In this document: positions 6,634 to 14,615 of the stretch, piece by piece | How positions within the stretch are numbered: position 1 is the stretch's first letter | Layout of the letters: each line of letters opens with the position of its first letter | Source of the DNA: Gemmatimonadota bacterium | GTDB taxonomy: Bacteria > Gemmatimonadota > Gemmatimonadetes > Palauibacterales > Palauibacteraceae | Length of the DNA stretch: 15,964 nucleotides | Direction of reading: 5' to 3' | Assembly (NCBI GenBank): GCA_039588275.1 | Contig: JBDHAC010000073.1 | Location: 1-15,964, forward strand | Translations under genes and position numbers: made by a program | The notes under the pieces: generated by a model | Databases searched by the model: none | Told to the model about the DNA's origin: nothing | The model's input: the letters and a program-made list of their open reading frames with translations, nothing else

Positions 6634-8250
6634 CTAGCCCGCGTACAGGTGGAGGATCTTCCCGGATCCTGTCCGCAGTGGGGCCTGCCGTTCCACCTGG
6701 AGCACACCCGCCCCTCGCCACTGGAGCTCCATGAGACGCTCGCCGCTGTCACCGCCCCCGATCGCGGACAGGAAGACCTCGGCCAGCTCGGTGGGGTCGA
6801 GGGGCCCCAATTCGGGGTGGACGAACAACCGAACCCGCGGCCCGGTGGCCTCGCCGTCGGGGTCCTCCACGAGCTGGTAGTCCATGGGAGTCCCGCCGAA
6901 CCGGGCGGGCAGCACTTCCTCCAGAACGCGGATCACGTCCACGTCCAGAAATTGGATGCCGCCCGCGGTGAGCTTCTCGAAGCTCCGGATCCGGTGGATG
7001 TGCGTGTGCCACCCGAGCGCCCCCATCGCGCAACCGCACTGGCGCCGGGATAGCTCCGCCTGATCGCCCATCGACACGTTCAGCATCAGGACGGGTGCGG
7101 ATCTGAGTAGCGACGTGAGCAGGATCGCGGTCTGCGGCAGGCCGGCGCTGTTACCCGGGCCTGACTGGATCACCGCGTGGCGGTCATGGAAGAAGTGCTG
7201 TTCATCGGGCGCCTCGGGCTCCCGGCACGCAAAGGCGATGATGTCGGTTTCCGTAGCCCCGAAGCGTGGGAGTGCGTGCGCGCCGACCTCCTCGATCGCT
7301 CGTCGGCGGGCGGTGGTGGTCGGCTCGCCCCCGGCCGTGAACCGGGCGCCCGAGATGTCGACGCCCGCCGCCTTCGCGGCCTCGCAGACGAGGACCGCGG
7401 AGCTCGCGAACGTCCACACGTGAGGGACGTCCCCGCGCGCCAGGACATGTCGCGCCCAGCGCACGACCGGCATCGGGTCGTCCAGCGGAGCGAGCGTGGC
7501 GGGCGGAAGGGGTACCCCGGACAACAGACTCCCGATTCGCATGGCTCGCGTGCCCAGCCGGTAGCGCGGGTGCAAGCCCGGCTCCTTCAGCGACACGGGC
7601 GTGAACCAACGCTCCGGAGGGCTCCCGCCCACCGCGAATTCCAGGGTGTTCGTCACCGAGGTACCGCCCGGCACACCCCAGTGAGCGTGCGTCCACCCGG
7701 CTCCGTCGTGGGCCTGGAGCGAAAGGTGTGTGTTGATCGCGTGATCCCGGATGAACGCCAGGTCTATCGGTACGGCGGTGGGCGCCCCGCGCGATCCGCT
7801 GCTCTCGGAGAGCCCGTGCACTACCGCGTCAGGGCGTACCAGATCGGCCTGCTCGATGGTGAACGAAAGGCTGCCGCGCTCGACCGGTGTCCTGCCCTTG
7901 AATTCCGAGCAGCTCAGATAGACACCATTTGCGAACAACCGCGCGAGGGCACCGTCCACTCCCTCGGATCGCACGAGTTGGGTGAGGTCGCCCGGCTCGC
8001 ACCCGGCGTGCATCAGCAACCGCCGGTATGGACTCTCCTGCCGTTCGAAGATCCAGCGCTGCACGAGCGCGAGGAACCGTGTCTCCCGTTCCGCGAGCCG
8101 ACGGGCAAGCGTCTCACGCGCATGCGCGAGTCCGAAGGGGGTCCGAAGAAAGCGGGGGAGGCTGGCGAGAAAGCGCAGCCCTATGCGGACGTCGGGGATC
8201 GAAAGCCCTGTGAAGCGCGGCCTCGCTGACACGGGCGGGGAAGCGCGCAC
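6634..8250 (-). CDS. Adenylate-forming (ANL superfamily, phenylacetate-CoA-ligase/CapK-like) protein of unknown substrate
   Basis: ESSGSRG P-loop-like motif, TAGGEP, RFGATE (YGxTE-like), SMGD, CGC, and C-terminal RTGSGKI. Start uncertain. Confidence 0.75.
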   Translation of the reverse strand: MRASPPVSARPRFTGLSIPDVRIGLRFLASLPRFLRTPFGLAHARETLARRLAERETRFLALVQRWIFERQESPYRRLLMHAGCEPGDLTQLVRSEGVDGALARLFANGVYLSCSEFKGRTPVERGSLSFTIEQADLVRPDAVVHGLSESSGSRGAPTAVPIDLAFIRDHAINTHLSLQAHDGAGWTHAHWGVPGGTSVTNTLEFAVGGSPPERWFTPVSLKEPGLHPRYRLGTRAMRIGSLLSGVPLPPATLAPLDDPMPVVRWARHVLARGDVPHVWTFASSAVLVCEAAKAAGVDISGARFTAGGEPTTTARRRAIEEVGAHALPRFGATETDIIAFACREPEAPDEQHFFHDRHAVIQSGPGNSAGLPQTAILLTSLLRSAPVLMLNVSMGDQAELSRRQCGCAMGALGWHTHIHRIRSFEKLTAGGIQFLDVDVIRVLEEVLPARFGGTPMDYQLVEDPDGEATGPRVRLFVHPELGPLDPTELAEVFLSAIGGGDSGERLMELQWRGAGVLQVERQAPLRTGSGKILHLYAG

Positions 8251-8268
8251 GAGTGGGCTCGCCGCCCC

Positions 8269-9627
8269 CTACCCGGCCGCGGGTGCGGGACTCGGGGGCG
8301 GGGAAGGCTCGGTCGGCTCGAGCTCGGTCGTCATCTCCGCCTGCCGCCGCCCCAGCCAGTAGCCGACCAACAGCCACAAGCCGGCGATCGGAACGGTTGC
8401 GAAGGCGATCCCGGCCATGCCGATGCCGAGCGCCCCGAGCCCCGCGTATGACCATGCGCCGATCTGGTCTCCGCCACGGTACACGAACGTGTCGATCAGG
8501 GCCTTCGCCTTGTACTTGTCCTCGCGGCTGACAACGGTGTACAGCGTCTCCCTCGTCGGCCGCGCCACGGCAAAGTTGCCCGCACGCCGGAGGACCTGGA
8601 ACACCACGATCGCGATCGCCCCGGGCCAGAATCCGAGCACCGTGAATCCGACCACGCACAGTGCGGGAAGCAGCGTGAGGGTGACCGCCACCCCCAGCCA
8701 CTTGATGATCCGTCCCGTCAGGAACACCTGGGTGCCGATCGTAAGCACGTTGGTCGCGACGTCGATGAACGCGAAGAATGACGTGCGATCCCCGCGGTCA
8801 GCGATCCGGTCCGCGATCTCCGCCTGCTGGAAGTACAGCACCGTGGCGATGATCGTGTAGGCCAGCATGTACACGCAGATGCCGAGCAAGTAGGGTGACC
8901 GCACCACGTGAGCGACACCCGCCCACATGCTCCCACCGATAGGCTCTTCCTGAGTCGATTCGAGCCCCTTCGCGCGGCGCAGGCCCTCGGAAAGACGTGA
9001 CAGCTTCTGTATGATCCGCACGCCGATCTCGAGCAGGACCACCGAGATGAGCATCAGATTCGCGGCCGAGGTCCATTGGGCCAGGACGCCCGTGACCGAG
9101 CTGCCGACCACCGCCCCCAGCGTCCCGCCCACGGCGATGAACCCGAACAGCCGTTTGCTCTGCTCGGTCCGAAAGACGTCCGCCATGAAGGCCCAGAAGA
9201 TCGAGACCACGAACAGGTTGAAGACGCTGACCCACCAATAGAAGGCGCGGCCCACCCACAGCTGTTCGCTCCCGGTCGTCGCCCTCAGTAGGAAGAAGAA
9301 GACGACCAGGTTGAGCATGAAGAAGCGGTAGGTGAGCGTAACGAACCGCACCCGGGAAAAGCGCACGACCAGCGCCGCGAAGGGTGGATTCACGAGCAAC
9401 ATCAGGACGAGCGTGCCCGTGAACATCCAGGGAAGGTTTCGGACGCCGCCGGCCACGGCCATCTCATCGCGGATGGGCCGCAGGACATAGTAGGCCGATA
9501 GCACGCAGAAGAAGTAGGCGGCAGACAGGACGAGGGCGCGGACCTCGTCCTCTCGAACGTCGATGAAGCGCCGAAGGGTCCTCGTGAGAGCGCCGGGCGG
9601 TGGAGCCACGGAACCCGGGCTATTCAT
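8269..9627 (-). CDS. Npt1/Npt2 (TLC, ATP:ADP antiporter family)-like MFS transporter
   Basis: About 12 TM segments; YYVLRPIRDEM, FNLFVVSIFWAFMADVF, RLFGFI, RPTRETLYT, KYKAKALIDTFVYRGGD. Confidence 0.9.
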   Translation of the reverse strand: MNSPGSVAPPPGALTRTLRRFIDVREDEVRALVLSAAYFFCVLSAYYVLRPIRDEMAVAGGVRNLPWMFTGTLVLMLLVNPPFAALVVRFSRVRFVTLTYRFFMLNLVVFFFLLRATTGSEQLWVGRAFYWWVSVFNLFVVSIFWAFMADVFRTEQSKRLFGFIAVGGTLGAVVGSSVTGVLAQWTSAANLMLISVVLLEIGVRIIQKLSRLSEGLRRAKGLESTQEEPIGGSMWAGVAHVVRSPYLLGICVYMLAYTIIATVLYFQQAEIADRIADRGDRTSFFAFIDVATNVLTIGTQVFLTGRIIKWLGVAVTLTLLPALCVVGFTVLGFWPGAIAIVVFQVLRRAGNFAVARPTRETLYTVVSREDKYKAKALIDTFVYRGGDQIGAWSYAGLGALGIGMAGIAFATVPIAGLWLLVGYWLGRRQAEMTTELEPTEPSPPPSPAPAAG

Positions 9628-9648
9628 GCCGGTTCAAGCCCGGGCTTC

Positions 9649-10209
9649 TCAGTGGTCGTCCTCCTCCTGCATGTTATCCGCCGCCTTCCCGAGCGCGTCA
9701 CCCAACTCCTTCATCCCTTCGGCCACACCCTCCATGACCTCACCCATGGCGCCGCGGAGCGTGTCTGCGATGCCCTTCACCAGCTCCTCGGTGGAGGCTC
9801 CGATCACAGCGCGGACCATCCGGCTGCCGGTTTGTTCGACATGCACTTTCCACTCGCCGGCGTCCTCGACCAGCACCGTCTCGAACGAAATGTCGAGCTC
9901 CCACTCGCCGGCGGTCGTGACCCGGGTTTGCACGAGCGCCTTGCCATCTTCGCTCCGCGCGTCTCCGATCTCGTAGCTCTCGACCGCGGACTCGTCCTCC
10001 AGCTCGAGAGACGAGTCTTCGGATTCGATCGAGTACGCTCGGGCGGTCTCCACATCGCCGTCCTGGACCGCCGCCCAGAATCGATCCGCTACCGTCTCGG
10101 GCCCGTCGGCCCCGGCACATGCCGCCACGAGCCCGGCTGCACCCAGCAGGTACAACACGCGTATGGCCCGTGGTGCGGCATTCGCACGCCTCGTCGTCCT
10201 CGTCCTCAT
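9649..10209 (-). CDS. Hypothetical lipoprotein (NTF2-like/DUF4878-like domain with amphipathic helical tail)
   Basis: GGAGGA RBS before ATG 10209; Arg-rich n-region, lipobox LVAA-C; PETVADRFWAAVQDGD...GEWKV pattern. Confidence 0.75.
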   Translation of the reverse strand: MRTRTTRRANAAPRAIRVLYLLGAAGLVAACAGADGPETVADRFWAAVQDGDVETARAYSIESEDSSLELEDESAVESYEIGDARSEDGKALVQTRVTTAGEWELDISFETVLVEDAGEWKVHVEQTGSRMVRAVIGASTEELVKGIADTLRGAMGEVMEGVAEGMKELGDALGKAADNMQEEDDH

Positions 10210-10274
10210 CGGTCCTCCTATGTCATCAAAACGGCGTGGCCGTCCATTCGGGCCACGCCGCCCCATGGTTCCGC

Positions 10275-11150
10275 TCAGAGGTCGCACAGGGTAACCGCCT
10301 CCCGCAGCGACCGAATCGGGTCCGGACTCGTCGGAATGAATTCGTGGGCCATGTGACCCTCGAACCCCGTCTCGAGAATCGCGCGAACGATCGCCGGATA
10401 ATTGAGCTCCTGCGATTCGTCGATCTCGGCGCGCCCCGGGACCCCTCCTGTATGATAATGGGCGATATGCTCATGGTTGCCCGAGAGCGTTCGGATGATA
10501 TCCCCCTCCATCACCTGCATGTGGTAGATGTCGTACAGGAGCTTGACGCGCGGCGAGTCCACCGCCTGGATGACCTCCACTCCGTACGGCGTCCGATCGC
10601 CGATGTAATCCGGGTGGCTGACCTTGCTGTTGAGGAGCTCGACGAGGATCATCACGCCTTCGTCCTCCGCCACGCTCGCGCAACGCCGCAGGCACGCGAT
10701 GCTGTTCGCGATCCCCTCCGCGTCCTCCATCCCGCGCCGGTTGCCGAAGAAACAGATCACGTTGGGTACCTCCGCCTGCGCGGCCTTCGGGATGTTCTCC
10801 TCGAACGCGCGGACGATCGTGTCGTGGTTGGCGGGATCGTTGAGACCGTCTTCGATGGTGCCGGCGCCGACCATACCGCACGAGACACGGAGCCCGTGAT
10901 CGAACGCGATCGGCCACTCTTCGATCTGGAGCAGGTCGATAGCCGGCAAGCGCATTGCGGCGACCTCGCGGCAGAACTCGGGCAGCGGGATCTGTTCGAA
11001 GCACCACCGGGCGACGGATTGCCGGATGCGCCCCGTCCGGTCCGGCTCGACGGCTACCTGACGGGCCGCTCCCGTCGCGGATGACAGAACCACACCGGCG
11101 GACGCGGCTCCGCCGATGCGAAGGGCGTCGCGCCGACTGATCTCTTTCAT
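10275..11150 (-). CDS. Tat-exported hydroxypyruvate-isomerase-family (xylose isomerase-like TIM barrel) protein
   Basis: Start MKEISRRDALRIGG (Tat); ELLNSKVSHPDY, KLLYDIYHMQVMEGD, HYHTGGVPGRAEIDESQELNY, HEFIP. Confidence 0.9.
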   Translation of the reverse strand: MKEISRRDALRIGGAASAGVVLSSATGAARQVAVEPDRTGRIRQSVARWCFEQIPLPEFCREVAAMRLPAIDLLQIEEWPIAFDHGLRVSCGMVGAGTIEDGLNDPANHDTIVRAFEENIPKAAQAEVPNVICFFGNRRGMEDAEGIANSIACLRRCASVAEDEGVMILVELLNSKVSHPDYIGDRTPYGVEVIQAVDSPRVKLLYDIYHMQVMEGDIIRTLSGNHEHIAHYHTGGVPGRAEIDESQELNYPAIVRAILETGFEGHMAHEFIPTSPDPIRSLREAVTLCDL

Positions 11151-11166
11151 CCGGTCATCGGGTCGT

Positions 11167-12072
11167 TCATTGGGCCTCGGACCGGCCCCCGGACAGTCCC
11201 GAAAGGTGGAGATAGCTGGCCCGGATCGAGGCTTCGGGGTCTGCGGGCTGATCGTGCTCCACGAAATAATGGGCCAGACCGGCCTGTTCCGACCCGGCGA
11301 AGATGCCGGGGAAGTCGATCTCACCCGCCCCGACGTCGACCATGGTCCCGTCGGCCGCTCGATCCTTCACGTGGCACAGGGAGAACCGGCCGGGGTGCGC
11401 CTCGAAGTAGGCCAGGGGATCTCGTCCGGCATGGATGATCCAGAACAGGTCGAGCTCGATGGCAACGAGCTCGGGGTCGGTGCGCGCGAGCAGCACGTCG
11501 AACGGCGTCTCGTCGTCGAGGTGTTCGAACTCGAACTCGTGGTTGTGATACGCGAACTGCACATCGGCGGCACGGCATGCTTCGCCCAGACGGTTCATCT
11601 CGTCCGCGAGCCGGCGATAGTCATCGAGCGAATCTCGATCTTCGGCCGCGAGCCAGGGGAGAACGACGTACCGGTGTCCGAGCGTCGCCGATGCCGCGAG
11701 TACCTCGGGGAGCCGGTCGCGGAGCGTCGCCAGATCGACGTGCGTCGCGGGTGCCGCGAGCCCCAGACCGTCCAGGGTCGCCCTCAAGCCGGCCGGCGGC
11801 CGGTCGAAATAGCCGGCGAACTCCACCTCGCGGTAACCCACCCCGGCGACCATCTGCAGGGTGCGCTCGACATCCTCTGCCATCAGGGACCGGACCGTGT
11901 AGAGCTGCAACCCGATGCGGTCGAGCGACGCCGATTCCTCGTTGGGGACGGTGGAATCCGCCTTGCGGCCCGTCGATTCCTGTCGCGCTTCGCTACGGGT
12001 ACACGCCACGGGTGTGAGGGCATAGACACCTAGCGCCGCGAGCGAACGCCCCATGAAAGATCGTCTATCCAT
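11167..12072 (-). CDS. Tat-exported (lipo)protein of the sugar phosphate isomerase/epimerase (AP_endonuc_2/IolE-like) family
   Basis: Start MDRRSFMGRS...PVA-C; IGLQLYTVR, GYREVEFAG, YHNHEFEF, ELDLFW, HVKD, VGAGEIDF, YFVEHD. Confidence 0.92.
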   Translation of the reverse strand: MDRRSFMGRSLAALGVYALTPVACTRSEARQESTGRKADSTVPNEESASLDRIGLQLYTVRSLMAEDVERTLQMVAGVGYREVEFAGYFDRPPAGLRATLDGLGLAAPATHVDLATLRDRLPEVLAASATLGHRYVVLPWLAAEDRDSLDDYRRLADEMNRLGEACRAADVQFAYHNHEFEFEHLDDETPFDVLLARTDPELVAIELDLFWIIHAGRDPLAYFEAHPGRFSLCHVKDRAADGTMVDVGAGEIDFPGIFAGSEQAGLAHYFVEHDQPADPEASIRASYLHLSGLSGGRSEAQ

Positions 12073-12078
12073 GCCACG

Positions 12079-12127
12079 AATATGGCTGAGAGGGCGATTG
12101 CGGGGCCAGCGTGGGGCGCCGGATATT
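12079..12127. promoter_or_regulatory. Putative back-to-back divergent promoters
   Basis: Minus strand: CATATT 6 nt before ATG 12072. Plus strand: TTGCGG(12098-12103)-18 nt-GATATT(12122-12127). Confidence 0.4.
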
Positions 12128-12169
12128 GGTCGGGCCCACAAGCGGCCGGTCCGCCACAGGAGGAGAAAC

Positions 12170-12820
12170 GTGAAGCGACGCCGTGCCCTGCGCGTGCTCG
12201 GAAGCGCTGCCTCGATTCCTCTGCTCCCCTCTTCCGCCCTGGCTGAGCTCCTCGCCTTTGGGCAACAGGCCCGTGCCGCGGCTGCCGGCCTCACTCGCTC
12301 CGATCCGTGGCTCCCCGGGACGCTCGACCCGCACCAGGATCGCACGGTCACGGCCATCGCCGAGGTGATCCTTCCGGAGACCGAGACCCCCGGCGCCACG
12401 ACCGCGCGGGTGAACGAGTTCGTGGATTTGATCCTGACGGATTGGTTCACCGTGGAGGATCGAGACCGCTTCCTGACCGGACTCGACGACGTCGACGTGC
12501 GGACCCGCGCCGACTTCGGCCTGGATTTCGTCGAGTGCTCGCCCGAGCAACGGATCGCGACGCTTGCCGCCCTGGACGCCGAGGTAGAGGCGCTGCGGGA
12601 CGGTGCCACCGCAGCACGCGACGAGAGACGTGGCGAGGGGGAGGGTGACGGACTTACCCGACAGCCGACGGAGCACTTCTTCTACCAGATGAAGCGGCTC
12701 ACACTGGCGGGCTTCTTCACGTCCGAGATCGGGATGGGCTTGCTCGGCTACCAGATCGTCCCCGGTCCCTTCGAGGGGTGCATGCTCCTCGACCAGTACG
12801 CCGGAGGGGGTGGGTCATGA
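12170..12820 (+). CDS. Gluconate 2-dehydrogenase subunit 3 family protein (Tat-signal small subunit of a flavin sugar dehydrogenase)
   Basis: AGGAGGAG RBS then GTG 12170, MKRRRALRVLG (Tat); IAEVILPETETPGA...VNEFVD, FFYQMKRLTLAGFFTSEIG, VPGPFEGC. Confidence 0.92.
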   Translation: MKRRRALRVLGSAASIPLLPSSALAELLAFGQQARAAAAGLTRSDPWLPGTLDPHQDRTVTAIAEVILPETETPGATTARVNEFVDLILTDWFTVEDRDRFLTGLDDVDVRTRADFGLDFVECSPEQRIATLAALDAEVEALRDGATAARDERRGEGEGDGLTRQPTEHFFYQMKRLTLAGFFTSEIGMGLLGYQIVPGPFEGCMLLDQYAGGGGS

Positions 12821-14574
12821 GTCGCCGCCCGGACCGCGCAACGCCCGGGACGTCCATGCAGCGCCCCGGGCCCACGGCGCCCTATGCCCGTCGCCGGGAT
12901 GAGTACGATGCGATCGTGGTCGGATCGGGCATCACCGGAGGTTGGGCGGCGAAGGAGCTCACCGAGGCCGGCATGCGCACACTGGTTCTCGAGGCGGGCC
13001 CGATGATCGTGCCGGAGCGCGACTACGTGGAGCACACCCCCGCCTATCAGATGCCCTTCCGCGGCTGGGGGGACCGTCGCGCCTTGGAAGCGGAGCAGCC
13101 GATCCAGAAGGAGTGCTACGCGTGCGACGAGCTCGGGCGAAAGTTTTTCGTAAACGACAACGAGAACCCCTACACGCACGACGAAGACAAGCCGTTCCTG
13201 TGGATCCGTGGTCGGCAGGTGGGCGGGCGATCGATCATGTGGGCGCGGCAGTCCTATCGGCTGAGCGACATCGATTTCGAGGCGAACCTGAGGGATGGTG
13301 TCGCCGTCGATTGGCCCATCCGGTATGCGGATCTGGCTCCCTGGTACGACACGGTGGAAGAGTTCATCGGCGTGAGCGGGCGTCCCGAAGGGTTGCCCCA
13401 GCTACCCGACGGCCGATTCCTGCCACCCATGGAGATGGTGTGCGTGGAGGAGGTCGTGCGCGACGCGATCAGGCGTCATTTCGGACAGACACGCCGGATG
13501 ACGATCGGACGATCCGCAGTACTCACCCGCGCCCACAACGGCCGCGCAGAGTGTCATTATTGCGGGCCATGCCACCTCGGCTGTATCACGCGCAGCTACT
13601 TCAGCTCGCTGACCGCCACGCTTCCAGCCGCCGAGGCGACAGGCCGGTTGACGCTCCGTCCGAATAGCGTCGCGCACAGCGTTATCTGGGATCCGAGCGC
13701 CGGGCGCGCGACGGGGGTTCGGGTCATCGACCGCGAGACGCACGAGCCGCTGGAGTTCTTCGGTCGGATCGTCTTTCTCGCCGCCTCGGCGCTCGAATCG
13801 ACGCGCATCCTGCTCAACTCCACGTCGGCCGATTTCCCCCAGGGGCTCGCAAACTCGAGCGGTGTCCTCGGTCACTACCTCATGGATCACACGATGAGCA
13901 CGGGGGCTACGGCGACCTTCAAGGGGTGGGAGGCTTACACGTTCACCGGAGAGCGCCCCAACGGCATCTACGTCCCACGTTTTCGAAACGTCACCGAGCC
14001 TTCGGCCGATTTCCTCCGCGGCTATGGGTACCAGGGTTGGCCCTCACGCGCGGGCTGGTCGCGCGGTATCGACGAGACCGGCTTCGGAGCGGATTTCAAG
14101 GCGAGGCTCATGCAGCCGGGGCCATGGAGGATGGAACTGGGTGCGTTCGGGGAGTGTCTGCCGCATCATGAGAACTACGTCGAGTTGGACCCCGAGGTGG
14201 AGGATGCGTGGGGAATCCCGGTCCTCAGGATCAACTGCGAGTGGAGCGACAACGAGCGGGTCATGATGCGGGACGCGGCCGAGCGTGCGGCGGAGATGCT
14301 CGATGCGGCCGGTGGCACCGACGTGGAGATGTCGAGCGAAATCACTGCGCCCGGGCTCACGATCCACGAGATGGGAACCGCTCGCATGGGCCGCGATCCG
14401 GACACCTCGGTGCTGAACGGCTTCAACCAGGCATGGGACGTCAGGAACCTGTTCGTCGTCGATGGCGCCGCGATGACTTCGTCCGCGTGCCAGAACCCGT
14501 CGCTCACCTACATGGCGCTCACCGCACGGGCATGTGACTACGCGGTGAAGGCCAGCGAAGCCGGGGATCTCTAA
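12817..14574 (+). CDS. GMC-family FAD oxidoreductase (glucoside 3-dehydrogenase LacA-like large subunit)
   Basis: YDAIVVGSGITGGWAAKELTE, RGRQVGGRSIMWARQSYR, CHYCGPCHLGC Fe-S motif, IHEMGTARMG, CQNPSLTYMALTARA; ATGA overlap with the upstream gene. Confidence 0.95.
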   Translation: MSRRPDRATPGTSMQRPGPTAPYARRRDEYDAIVVGSGITGGWAAKELTEAGMRTLVLEAGPMIVPERDYVEHTPAYQMPFRGWGDRRALEAEQPIQKECYACDELGRKFFVNDNENPYTHDEDKPFLWIRGRQVGGRSIMWARQSYRLSDIDFEANLRDGVAVDWPIRYADLAPWYDTVEEFIGVSGRPEGLPQLPDGRFLPPMEMVCVEEVVRDAIRRHFGQTRRMTIGRSAVLTRAHNGRAECHYCGPCHLGCITRSYFSSLTATLPAAEATGRLTLRPNSVAHSVIWDPSAGRATGVRVIDRETHEPLEFFGRIVFLAASALESTRILLNSTSADFPQGLANSSGVLGHYLMDHTMSTGATATFKGWEAYTFTGERPNGIYVPRFRNVTEPSADFLRGYGYQGWPSRAGWSRGIDETGFGADFKARLMQPGPWRMELGAFGECLPHHENYVELDPEVEDAWGIPVLRINCEWSDNERVMMRDAAERAAEMLDAAGGTDVEMSSEITAPGLTIHEMGTARMGRDPDTSVLNGFNQAWDVRNLFVVDGAAMTSSACQNPSLTYMALTARACDYAVKASEAGDL

Positions 14575-14580
14575 GCGGCT

Positions 14581-14608
14581 ACCGAATAAACACCGAAGAT
14601 GCTACGTT
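14581..14608 (+). promoter_or_regulatory. Direct-repeat operator candidate (ACCGAA-N5-ACCGAA) plus extended -10 (TGcTACGTT)
   Basis: accgaa at 14581-14586 and 14592-14597 (11-bp period, AT-rich spacer); TG-c-TACGTT at 14600-14608; ATG at 14616 with no SD sequence. Confidence 0.55.
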
Positions 14609-14615
14609 CGAGCGC

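Noticed and set aside
12073..12609. N-terminal extensions of the 480-aa, 349-aa, 341-aa, 255-aa and 598-aa track ORFs
   Set aside because: They overlap neighbouring genes. Tat signals, RBS, promoter-like elements or ATGA overlaps define shorter starts (12072, 11150, 6563, 12170, 12817).
5005..12676. Many long overlapping or antisense ORFs (e.g. 5005-6072, 5574-6545, 7177-8229, 10119-11084, 11116-12033)
   Set aside because: Expected in high-GC DNA opposite real genes; no motifs.
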